Notes under the pieces: model-generated
What the model was told of the DNA's origin: nothing
What the model saw: only the letters and a program-made list of their open reading frames with translations
Database searches by the model: none
NCBI RefSeq assembly: GCF_964213995.1
Contig: NC_135808.1
Location: forward strand, 24,552,001 to 24,616,000
Direction: 5' to 3'
Length of the DNA stretch: 64,000 bases
Source: Mustelus asterias
Lineage: Eukaryota
Position numbers and translations under genes: made by a program
In this document: piece by piece, positions 50,446-62,200 of the stretch
How the letters are laid out: the number at the start of each line of letters is the position of its first letter
Numbering within the stretch: the stretch's first letter is position 1

Positions 50446-53179
50446 AATATTTTTTGTGTAATGTGCTGACCAGACTGTTTGCAGTGCTTCAGCTGTCGTC
50501 TATCTGGTATTGTTTACAGTTTTCGCAAAACCACTCTGCTCTGTGCCTTGGCTAATAAAGGAAAGCATGTTATATACCACCTTTACCTCATTTATTAACC
50601 TGTCCTGACACCTTTCCCAGTCTGTGGACATACACTCCTGGGTGCCTCTCTTCCTCCACATTATTCATTATCCTCCCACTTATTGGGGATTCCCTTTGCC
50701 TTGTTAATCCTCCCAAAACCCATCACATTCTCCACCCTCTCAAACAGACTATTTTATTTATTTTTTTATCATTTAGGGCACAGACTATTTTATTGGTCTC
50801 CAAAATGCTCTACTTTCCTTATCCTTTTCTCTTCAGGGACTGATAGGACATCCTTGGAGGTGCCTTGATTTTTCTTTCCAGTATTTTGTCGTGCCCCCTC
50901 TTTTCTTTCCTAATCTTCCTCTCTCTGTATCTCTTCCAGGTTTCTGCATTATTAGGCGTGAGGGGTCAGATGGATTTTGCTGCTGGTAGATGTGGGAGTT
51001 GGATGGATCTGATGGGTTTTGTTGGGGGGGCGACGGGGCGGTTTCCAGCTCTGCTGGCTTTGCCTCACTCTATAGTGATGTATTTCTTTCTCGTCTCCAG
51101 TGCATTCCAGGGTTTGTAATCCAGGAACACCAGTTCCCAAACATAGTAGCAGGAGTGGATGAGAGAATCAGGGAAGATGTGATTTCATCAAGGTGACAGC
51201 GACTGACTGATTCAAGCTCCACATATGTGATTCTGTTTAAATGGAACTGTGGTGATGGTTTGGAAGTAATTGCTATATCTGGAGCTGCACTTTAAGCTAT
51301 TCTGATCTGATCTGTTTATCCTGCACAGACGTGAGAGGGCGATCTTGCAAAAAATATTCTCAGTCCAGAAAGAGTATGAAAACGAGAGAGTTTCTGATCC
51401 GTCTTTTTGGTGAATCCAATTCTGCAATCTTATGCACTGAGAGCAGAAAAGAACCCCTAATCTGTTTCTTGCCTGTAGGGGGAGTGGGCAGGGCTTAAAT
51501 CACCAGAATGCTGCCTGACAACAGCAGAGGACACCATTGTGCATGTGCAGGTCCCTCTGCTCTGAGCAACAGAGAAACCTGTCACTCAACCTCTGCTGCT
51601 TTCACCAGGCCTCCATGGCCTAAACACGGACCTCCCCAGCTGCCACGGCGGTCTGTGGCCTCATGCGACCCCTGATGGTCGGACCAATTGCCCCCGTGAC
51701 ACCCCACCTGCCCGGACAGATCAAACCTCGTGATCCCACCGCTCGGGCCGATTTCCCCTCCCAATCGCAATGCAGTAGGCCCCACTGCTTCCCCTCACCA
51801 AAGGCAAATACTGAGTGGCAGTCGCCTTCCCCCCCCCCCCCGCCGCCAAATTGCAAATGCAGAGTGTGCGGCACATCCCCTCCCATCACCACTGATATTC
51901 CCACCACGGTTTGCTCCCCCAACAAATCAGGCTCCACACCCTTCACACTGCCAGAGTACCAGGCTTGGCACTGTCCACAAGGCACTCCCCCCCCCCCCCC
52001 CCCCCCGCCTCCCCACCCGCCAACTTCTCGGGATGGCTTCAACAGCCTCTGGATCCACTAGTGAGGCTATCGGGTTTTGCCCCGTTGTGATTCTCGCTGG
52101 AGTGAACCTCTCCCGTGAGGCCACAGAGACGAGAGCCCAGATGATTGCGCCGCGGGCTCGCTCATTTTGTTCAAAACAGGTTTTAAATGTAGTCAAGTAT
52201 TTTATTCAGCCTCGCGCCGCAATGTGTGAGAAATCGGGAGCGAATCTCATCTGTATTGAACTCATGAATTCCAATATCTTCTGCCCTTTCCTGATTTTTT
52301 TCTTTTAATGTCTGCTTGTCATTGGTGAGTGTGTTTATGTCACATCCCCCATTCCCAAGCACTCTGTCTGGGGAAATAACAAACATTATTGAAATATCAG
52401 AGCTTTTGTATCAAACTGTCATCTGCAACTCCAAATGTCAAATCGCGGTAAATTTCCAATTCTTGTCACTGTTGGAAATATTGTTACACTTTGCAGTATT
52501 GGACACAATTGTTACCTGTGTGTGTGCGTGTGTTATTAAAACAACAGAAAAGGTTTATTCTGCTCGGAGCTGAATGGGTTAATTCTAAATTAGAACACGT
52601 TCGGTGAAGGAATTCACTGTCACCGCGATTTCAGAAAGTGACTGGATTACAATGTTCTCAGAGTAATGGCGGTTTCAGCAGAACAAAGATATTTCTTCAA
52701 GTCTTGTGGATTCACCATTTCAAACTGGATATTTCCGAATAAAAACCTTGGAGCAAAATGGATTAGAAGATAAAGTCCCAATTGTTCCCCAGGGTTGTTT
52801 TTAAATGGAGATTTTAAAAACAAGAATAATCCATGAACAATCACCTTCAATTAATTCCTGAATTTGAAATTACACTATTAAAGCTTAAAAAAAAACGACC
52901 CCACTCTGACAGATGTGAATTTGTATCTGGATTAGAGATCCCACATGTTTCACCCGTTTCAACAGAGTTTCATTGTAGCGGCAACAAGCTCCCAGTTTCA
53001 AAACCTTTAAACTGTTCTCCGCCTTTAGACTCACCATTTTGAGGAAAACACAGAGTTGGAGCTGGTCTGAAGGAACAGCAACACAGAGCATTCACACAGC
53101 CTTTTCTCATTCACTAACAGGAAGTTTACACACACACATCTGTCCACACAATTCTTTCTCACATCACTTCAAGTTTCAC

Positions 53180-54062
53180 ATTTGGAGGAAAATGTAACTG
53201 GATTGATTAGTCAGTTTGCGGACGACACAAAGGTTGGTGGATTTGCGGACAGCGATGAGGACCATCAGAGGATGCAGCAAGATATAGATCAGTTGGAGAC
53301 TTGGGTGGAGAGATGGCAGGTGAAGTTTAATCCAGACAAATGTGAGGCAATGCATTTTGGAAGGTCTAATACAGATAGGAAATATACAGTAAATGGCAGA
53401 ACCCTTCAGAGTATTGATAGCAAAGGGATCTGGGTGTACAGGTACACAGGTCACTGAAAGTGGCAATGCAGGTGGAGAAGGTAGTCAAGGCGGCATATGG
53501 CATGCTTACCTTAATTGGCTCTTGGAATATCGTGTTCCATTCTGGTCGCCACACTACCAGAAGGATGTGGAGACTTTGGAGAGAGTACAGAAAATATTTA
53601 CCAGGATGTTGCCTGGTATGGAGGGCATTAGCTATGAGGAGAGGTTGGAGAAACTTGGTTTGTTCTCACTGGAGCGACGGAGGTTGAGGGGAGGCCTGAT
53701 AGAAGTCGACAAGATTATGAGGGGCATGGACAGAGTGGATAGTCAGAAGTTTTTTCCCAGGGTGGAAGAGTCAATTACTAGGAGGCACAGGTTTAAGGTG
53801 CGAGGGGCAAGGTTTAAAGGAGATGTACGAGGCAGATTTTTTTTTAAAACAAAGAGTAGTGGGTGCCTGGAATTCGTGGCCAGGGGAGGGAGTGGAAGCG
53901 GGTATGGCAGTGACTTTTAAGGGGCGTCTTGACAAGTACATGAATAGGATGGGAATAGAGGGATATGATTCCCGGAAGGGTCGGGGGTTTTAGTTAAGTC
54001 AGGCAGCATGGTTGGTGCAGGCTTGGAGGGCCGAAGGGCCTGTTCCTGTGCTGTAATTTTCT
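53180..54062 (+). mobile_element. CR1-clade LINE 3' fragment, absent at the homologous site near 18780
   Basis: FADDTKV, FWSPHYQKD, and a 3' UTR ending gggccgaagggcctgttcctgtgctg. Confidence 0.9.
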
Positions 54063-55384
54063 TGGCATATATTCCTATTCTCATGAAAGAGCATCTTATC
54101 CAAACTGACAGTTGGCCAAGGCCGGAATTGAACCCGCGTCCCTGGTACTGTGAGGCAGCAGCACTAACCACTGCCACTGTGTCACCCACTTGGACACAGG
54201 TTGCTTCACATCCTTTAGATCTGTGCACAGAACGGAGACATATTCATAAAGTAAAAGGAACGGTTGTTTGTTTGCAAATCAGGATATCTCTGAACATAAA
54301 CAACCCGGTTGTTCACACAGTATTTTAAACTTTACTGTGAGTTTCTTTAATTGCTTTTTTCTAACCTGCTTCTGATATTCCACCAACCAGACATCAACAG
54401 CCCATTTCTGAAAAGCAGCGAGATCCATTTCTTCATCCTGATTCAATAATCTAATCTTTGGCCTCACATCTCCGTGATCTCTCACTATTTGTTCCTTCCT
54501 GTCGACTTTCTCCCAAACATTCCAATCTCCCGACTCTGATCCAAGCATCAAATCTCCAAATACTGTTTCTTTGTGCACCATTTGACCTTTCAATTTAACT
54601 CTGCTCGATCAACTGTCCACTTTCCCAAATCACTTCCTTCCTGAACAAACGCAGTAACTTCTCAAACAAGGCTCGGCAAGCTGAGACCTATTTTTATCGT
54701 GATTGCTTCAATGGTACAAGGTTTAATATAAGTACAGGACACAGCTCACACACTGAGAGGGACAGTATCAGTACAGGACACAGCTCACAGACTGAGAGGG
54801 ACAGTATCAGTACAGGACACAGCTCACACACTGAGAGGGACAGTATCAGTACAGGACACAGCTCACAGACTGAGAGGGACAGTATCAGTACAGGACACAG
54901 CTCACACACTGAGAGGGACAGTATCAGTACAGGACACAGCTCACAGACTGAGAGGGACAGTATCAGTATCAGTACAGCACAGCGCTCACACACTGAGAGG
55001 GACGCTATCAGTGCAGAACTGTGACCGGGATGCAGAATGATCTGGACAGGTTGAGTGAGTGGACAAATTGATGGCAGATGCAGTATAATTTGCATAAATG
55101 TGAGGTTATTCACTTTGGAAGCAAAAAAAAGGCAGATTACTATCTGAATGGTGTAAATTAGGAGAAGGGAGTGTGCAGTAGGATTTGGGTGTCCTTGTGC
55201 ATCAGTCACTGAAGGTAGGCACGCAGGTGCAGCAGGCGGTAAAGAAGGCAAATGGCATGTTCGCCTTCACTGCGAGAGGTTTTGAGTGCAGGGGCAAGGA
55301 TGTGTTGTTGCAATTAAACAGGGCCTTGGTGAGGCCACACCTAGGGTATTGTGTGCAGTTTTGGTCTTTGTTTACTTGCAACAA

Positions 55385-56614
55385 TGATGTGGAGATGCCG
55401 ACGTTGGACTGGGGTAAACACAGTCAGAATTTTAACAACACCAGGTGAAGGTCCAACAGGTTAATTTAATGGCAAATGCCATCAGCTTTTAGGTGTCTGT
55501 TGCGATCCTCCTCCAGACGCTGAAAGATGCCTTCATAAGAGCAGGATATGGCGCTCGACTCATTGATCGACAGTTCCGACGCACCACAGCGAAAAACCGC
55601 ACCGACCTCCTCAGAAGACAAACACGGGACTCGGTGGACAGAATACCCTTCGTCGTCCAGTAGTTCCCGGAGCGGAGAAGCTACGGCCTCTCCTCCGGAG
55701 CCTTCAACATGTCATTGATGAAGATGAACATCTCGCCAAGGCCATCCCCACACCCCCACTTCTTGCCTTCAAACAACCACGCAACCTCAAACAGATCATT
55801 GTCCGCAGCAAACTACCCAGCCTTCAGGAGAACAGTGACCATGACACCACACAACCCTGCCACAGCAACCTCTGCAAGACATGCCGGATCATCGACACGG
55901 ATGCCATCATCTCACGTGAGAACACCATCCACCAGGTACACGGTACATACTCTTGCAACTTGGCCAACATTGTCTACCTGATACGCTGCAGGAAAGGATG
56001 TCCTGAGGCATGGTACATTGGGGAAACCATGCAGGTGCTACGACAACGGATGGATGAACACCGCTCGACAATCACCAGGCAAGACTGTTCTCTTCCTGTG
56101 GGGGAGCACTTCAGCGGTCACGGGCATTCAGCCTCTGATGTTCGGGTAAGCATTCTCCAAGGCGGCCTTCACGACACACGACAGCGCAGAGTCGCTGAGC
56201 AGAAACTGAGAGCCAAGTTCCGCACACATGAGGACGGCCTAAACCAGGATGTTGGGTTATGTCACACTATCAGTAACCCCCACAGCTTGCCTCCTGGACT
56301 TGCAGAATCTCACTGGTTGTCCTGTCTGGAGACAATACACATCTCTTTAACCTGTGCTTAATGCTCCCTCCACTCACATTGTCTGTATCTTTAAGACCTG
56401 GTTGGCTGTAGAGATTCGCATTCTAATCAGTATTCTGTAACTTGATTTTGTGTCTCTGTATGCCCTGTTTGAGAGCAGATTTCCACTCTGACGAAGGAGC
56501 AGCGCTCCGAAAGCTAATGGCATTTGCTACCAAATAAACATGTTGGACTTTAACCTGGTGTCGTTAAAACTCTTATTGTGTTTACCCCAGTCCAACGCCG
56601 GCATCTCCACATTA
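55385..56614 (+). mobile_element. Penelope-like element with an inverted 5' segment, nested in CR1
   Basis: GIY-YIG ORF 55960-56361; same terminal sequence as the other copies. Confidence 0.9.
56483..56520 (+). ncRNA. Minimal hammerhead ribozyme motif, stem I weakened
   Basis: CCACT-CTGACGA-A-GGAGC-AGC-GCTCC-GAAA-GC-TA-ATGG. Confidence 0.55.
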
Positions 56615-57382
56615 TTGTTGCAAGTAAACAGGGCCTTGGTGAGGCCACACCTCGAATATTGTGTGCAGTTTTGGTCTCCTTTTCTGAGGAAGGATGTTCT
56701 TGCTCTCGAGGGAGTGCAGCAAAAGTTTACCAGGCTGATTCCGGGGATGGCGGGACTGATGTATGAGAAGAGATTGACTAGGTTAGGATTGTTTTCGCTG
56801 GAGTTCAGACGAATGAGGGGGGATCTCATAGAGACTTATAAAATTCTAACAGGACTAGAAAGGGTAAGTGCAGGGAGGATATTCCCAATGGTGGGGGAGT
56901 CCCAAACCAGGGATCACAGCCTGAGGATTCAGGGTGGACCATTTAGGATTGAGGTGAGGAGACATTTCTTCACCCAAAGTGTGGTGAGCCTGTGGAATTC
57001 ATTACCACAGGAAGTAGCTGATGCTAAAACATTGAATGTATTCAAGACGCAACTGGATAAAGCACTTGGGGCGAATGGGATCAAAGGTTATGGAGAAAAA
57101 GCAGGATTAGGCTATTGGATTGGATGATCAGCATGATTGTAATGAATGGCGGAGCAGACTCGAAAGGTCAAATGGCCTCCTCCTGCTCCTATCTTCTATG
57201 TTTCTGTGTTTCTATGGACCAATTCTTCCTGTTTCAGCTTTGCAGGTCCAAAATGCAGACAGGTTACACTCAGATGAGGATTCTCTGGCAGCAGGTTGTG
57301 AACCAGACACAACTTGAGGCAAGGCAGAGAGAGAATCAGGTTGCGTTGCCTTCATTTTCCAACTTTTTGCCCAAAGAGACTC

Positions 57383-57678
57383 ATGGAATGCCTACAGAGC
57401 AGAAGAGGCCATTCAGCCCATTGAACCTGCACCAACAACAATCCCATCCAGGCCCTATTCCTGTAACCTCACATATATACCCTGTTAAACCCCCTGACAT
57501 TAAGGGGCAATTTAGCATCACTAATCCACCTAACCAGCACATCTTTGGACTGTGGGAGGAAACCAGAGAACCCAGAGGAAACCCATGCAGACACAATCAG
57601 TCACCCAAAGGTGGAATTGAATCTGGCTCCCTGGCACGGTGAGGCAGCAGTGCTGACCACTGTGCCATCATGGCACCC
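57383..57678 (-). mobile_element. HE1-like V-SINE, absent at the homologous site near 12630
   Basis: Head, core and tail. Confidence 0.8.
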
Positions 57679-58607
57679 CAATTCAATTCAAACCAGCAGT
57701 TTCAAAACTTAAAGTTTCTCCCTGCCATGTGATTTCCAGAACACCACGAGACTTTGCTTTTCAGTTTTATTACCCAGCAATTAAAGTGAATCCAGTTCAA
57801 AACTAGCAAACAACTCTTCCTCAAGTACCATACAGGTCAGGTGAAGGCAGGCTGGCTCCCTGTCCAAGGGGTATTTATGGCCCTCTTTTGAGAAAAAAAC
57901 TCCAAGTCAGTATCAACTATCCGGACAATGCAATATGTTTCCATGTTTTATGAAAGATATGCGTTTCCCAACACATTGAATTGTCCCAGTGTCATTCAGA
58001 AGTCCCTTATCTCCAATAATATTCCAGCAAATCTCCTCTGCACCCTCTCTAATACGTTGATATTCCTCCTAAAACACTATGACCAGAAGTGGGGTCAATT
58101 CTCCAGCTGGGATCTAATCAATATTTTATCAATGTTCAGCGTGATCTCCTTGCTTTTGTACTCTGTGCCTCTATTTATAAAGCAATGGGGTCCAGATGCT
58201 TCTTTCACAGTCTCATCACACCTTCCTGCCAGCCTCATACTCACTCAGGTCTCTCTGTTCCTGCAATCCCTTTATAACTGTACCAATCAGTTTACATTAC
58301 CTCTGTACATTCTTCTGCTCAAACTGCATCACTTCAAATACCTCACTGGATTGTATATCACCTGCCCTGTGTCTGCCCATTTCACCAACCTGTCCAATGG
58401 AACATTGATTGTGTCTGGATGGGAGACAAAGTGATGGAAGTGAAGCTTCAGTTTCACAGAGTCTTTGTTCAGACCCTGTCTGGAGTAACTGTGTTCAGTT
58501 CTGGACACCGCACCTCAGGAAGGGGAGATTGGTGTTGGAGAGGGTTCCGATCACCAGAATAATAAAAGGAGGTTAAATGAAAGAGGTTTTTATCCCCCAG
58601 AGTTTAT

Positions 58608-58828
58608 CTGATTGGACAGTTCTCAATATTGAGGCAGTTTCTCAACCTGTTTGTGTCTATTCTGCCGGAGACTGATGACTCACTGAATCTCTTTATTCTG
58701 ATTGGTTTAAATCCTATTTTGTGTCCAATCAGATTGAGGCTCAGTGTAAACAGGGAAAGACAGAAGGAGTGAGTTGAGAAAATGGCCTTTTGTTTGAAAA
58801 AGAGTTTCCTCCAAATGTTTCTCCCAAC
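58608..58828 (+). promoter_or_regulatory. Copy D proximal promoter: Y box, AP-1-like TGACTCA (58676-58682) and further CCAAT boxes; X boxes missing
   Basis: Homologous to 11178-11401. Upstream of the Y box it joins sequence homologous to about 11717 onward. Confidence 0.55.
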
Positions 58829-59234
58829 ATGAGGGAAGCAGCAATGATTGGACTGATAGAGCTGGTCCTTCTGTGTGGAGAGGTGTCTGCAGGTGAGTGA
58901 TGGGGTGTGAGAGGGGCAATGCCAGGCTGGGTACTGGGGCATTAACCCTGGGTCAGTGAGTGATGGGGTGTGAGAGGGGCAAAGCCAGGCTGGGTACTGG
59001 GGCATTAACCCTGGGTCAGTGAGTGATGGGGTGTGAGAGGGGCAATGCCAGGCTGGGTACTGGGGCATTAACCCTGGGTCAGTGAGTGATGGGGTGTGAG
59101 AGGGGCAATGCCAGGCTGGGTACTGGGGCATTAACCCTGGGTCACTGAGTGATGGGGTGTGAGAGGGGCAATGTCAGGCTGGGTGGAGGCCTTGCTCTCG
59201 GTTTGGAATCAGTGTTTTGGGGTTCATGCCCTGA

Positions 59235-59265
<31 letters not shown>

Positions 59266-62200
59266 TGGTGTTTTTAGGGTGTCTATCCTGAATTCTCTCT
59301 CTCTCTATTCCAGGCTCTCACTCTCTCCGGTATTTCTTCACGGGAATGACTCCGATCCCGGGTTTCCCGGAGTTTGTGGCTGTCGGTTATGTGGACGGTG
59401 TCCAGTTTGTTTTGTACGACAGCGATCGGAGGGAGCTGATCCCCCGGGAGCAGTGGATGGTGGAGAGCGAGGGTCCGGCAGCCTGGGAGCGGAAGAAGGA
59501 TCTCGCACAGGAGCAGGAGATGTACTCCAAACTTACTATTCCACTGCTCATGACCCGCACCAACCAGACAGGAGGTGAGTGCTCACTCTCCCAGCACCCT
59601 GGATCCAGGTGGGAATGAGGAGAAACCCAGAGTGGATCAGGAACCGGGAGCCAGAGGCTGATTGGCTGCGATTGGAGATGTGACAAGAAATGTGATTGGC
59701 TGTGAATGTGTGGAGGGATTGTTTCCAGGGAGGTCTGGCTCTGATTGGCTGTGTGTGAGGGGGGGGGGGGGCAGAGTACTTGATGTTGATTGGCTGGTAG
59801 GATGAGATCGCCCAGTGAGACTAGTTCTGATTGGCTGTGCAGGTGGGATCGCCCATTGGGACTGTCTCTGATTGGCTGTTTGTGTTTCTGATCCTTAGGG
59901 ATCCATGTTTACCAGCTGATGACTGGCTGTGACCTGAGGGATGATGGGACCACGAGTGGATTCAACCAAAGGGGATGGGACGGAGATGATTTTATCAGCT
60001 TCGACAAGGATCACATGGTGTGGGTGACCCCGGTGCCCTGGGGAGAGATCACCAAAAACAAGTTGGACAGGAGCACAGTCGACATTCAGCGATGGAAACA
60101 TTACCTGGAGGTGGAGTGTATCGAGTGGCTGAGGAAATACCTGGAGTACGGACAGAAAGAATTGAGAGTCTGTGAGTGAGGGGGGAGTGAGAGTTGGTGA
60201 GTGAGGGGGGGGAGTGAGAGTCGGTGAGTGAGGGGTGAGTGAAAGTCGGTGAGTGAGGGGGGGAGTGAGAGGCGGTGAGTGAGGGGGGAGTGAGAGTCGG
60301 TGAGTGAGGGGGGAGTGAGAGTCGGTGAGGGAGGGAGGGAGCGAGAGTCGGTGAGTGAGGGGGGAGTGAGAGTCGGTGAGTGAGGGGAGTGAGAGTCGGT
60401 GAGTGAGGGGGGAGTGAGAGTCAGTGAGTGAGGGGGGAGTGAGAGTCGGTGAGTGAGGGGGGAGTGAGAGTCGGTGAGTGAGGGGGGAGTGAGAGTCGGT
60501 GAGTGAGGGGGGAGTGAGAGTCGGTGAGTGAGAGGGGAGTGAGAGTCGGTGAGTGAGAGGGGAGTGAGAGTCGGTGAGTGAGGGGGGAGTGAGAGTCGGT
60601 GAGTGAGGGGGGAGTGAGAGTCGGTGAGTGAGGGGGGAGTGAGAGTCGGTGAGTGAGGGGGGAGTGAGAGTCGGGGAGTGAGAGTCGGTGAGTGAGGGGG
60701 GAGTGAGAGTCGGTGAGTGAGGGGGGAGTGAGAGTCGGTGAGTGAGGGGGGGTGAGAGTCGGTGAGTGAGGGGGGAGTGAGAGTCGGTGAGTGAGGGAGG
60801 AGTGAGAGTCGGGGAGTGAGAGTCGGTGAGTGAGGGGGGAGTGAGAGTCGGTGAGTGAGGGGGGAGTGAGAGTCGGTGAGTGAGGGGAGTGAGAGTCGGT
60901 GAGTGAGGGGGGAGTGAGAGTCGGTGAGTGAGGGGGGGTGAGAGTCGGTGAGTGAGGGGGGAGTGAGAGTCGGTGAGTGAGGGGGGAGTGAGAGTCGGTG
61001 AGTGAGGGGGGAGTGAGAGTCGGTGAGTGAGGGGGGAGTGAGAGTCGGTGAGTGAGAGTCGGTGAGTGAGAGTCGGTGAGTGAGGGGGGAGTGAGAGTCG
61101 GTGAGTGAGGGGAGTGAGAGTCGGTGAGTGAGGGGGGAGTGAGAGTCGGTGAGTGGGGGGGGGTGAGAGTCGGTGAGTGAGGGGGGAGTGAGAGTCGGTG
61201 AGTGAGGGGGAGTGAGAGTCGGTGAAGGGGGTGATGCCGGGACTCTTATCTCGAGGTTCCTGTACTGACTCCTCTTTCTTTCTCTCTCAGTTGCCCCCGT
61301 CGTGTCCTTTACCCGTCTGGGTGATTCTAACCGGCTGTCCTGTGCCGTCACCGGGTTTTACCCTCAAGCCATCGAGGTGAATGTGTGGAGAAACGGAGTG
61401 ATGATTGATGAGACTCTGTCCAGTGGGATCTTACCCAATCACGACAGCTCCTACCAGATCCGGAAATGGGTCGAGTTTGATCCAGAGGACCAGGCCGAGT
61501 ATTCCTGTCGGGTGGAACACAGCGGGATGAAGGAGACACTGGTGGTGATTTACGGTAAGACTGTTTCTCACTGTTAGAGAGGACCCAGCCTCAGACCAGG
61601 ATCACAGGAGGGAGGGTCAGTGCTGAGCTGTCAACCCAGGATATATAGAGAGGGAAATAAATCTTATTCAATGCGTTATATATCATGGTTCCACAGTGCA
61701 ACATGATACAGCGTATCATTGGATATTGGGATCGCACTGGACCTGGTGTAACATTGGACACAAGAGTAGGTCTGGGCCTGGGGTATTCTGGGATATTACA
61801 GTATGGTGGGGCCCAGTGAACCCTGGGATATTGCAGTAGTACAGACCGTGGTATATCCTGAGATACTCTCGTAGGACACATCCCAGTGAACCCTGGGATA
61901 TTGCAGTAGTACAGACCGTGGTGTATCCTGAGATATTCTCGTAGGACAAAAACCAGTGTATCCTGGGATGTTGCAGTGTGTCAGGGTCTGGTGTATCCTG
62001 GGATATTACAGGAGGTTGGGCACCGTGGAATATCAGAGGATGGAGAGAGCCTGGTGTATCCAAGAAACAATGCTTTTCACTGTGTACCAATACATGTGAC
62101 AATAATAAATCACATCAAATATTACAGTAGGACTGGACCCAGTGCATCCTGGAAGTTTACTTCAGTCAGATTAAGATCAGTATTCAGAGAAATAATGGAA

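Larger units (their letters stand above)
55022..57213 (+). mobile_element. CR1-clade LINE 3' portion interrupted by a Penelope element
   Basis: LVRPHLEYCVQFWSP and RRMRGDLIE; tail (TTCTATGT)n. Confidence 0.88.

Noticed and set aside
60101-61351. 416-aa Pro/Ser/Thr/His-rich ORF (also 32746-33261 and 7851-8231)
   Set aside because: It is the antisense translation of the 25-bp intronic minisatellite; low complexity explains the lack of stops.
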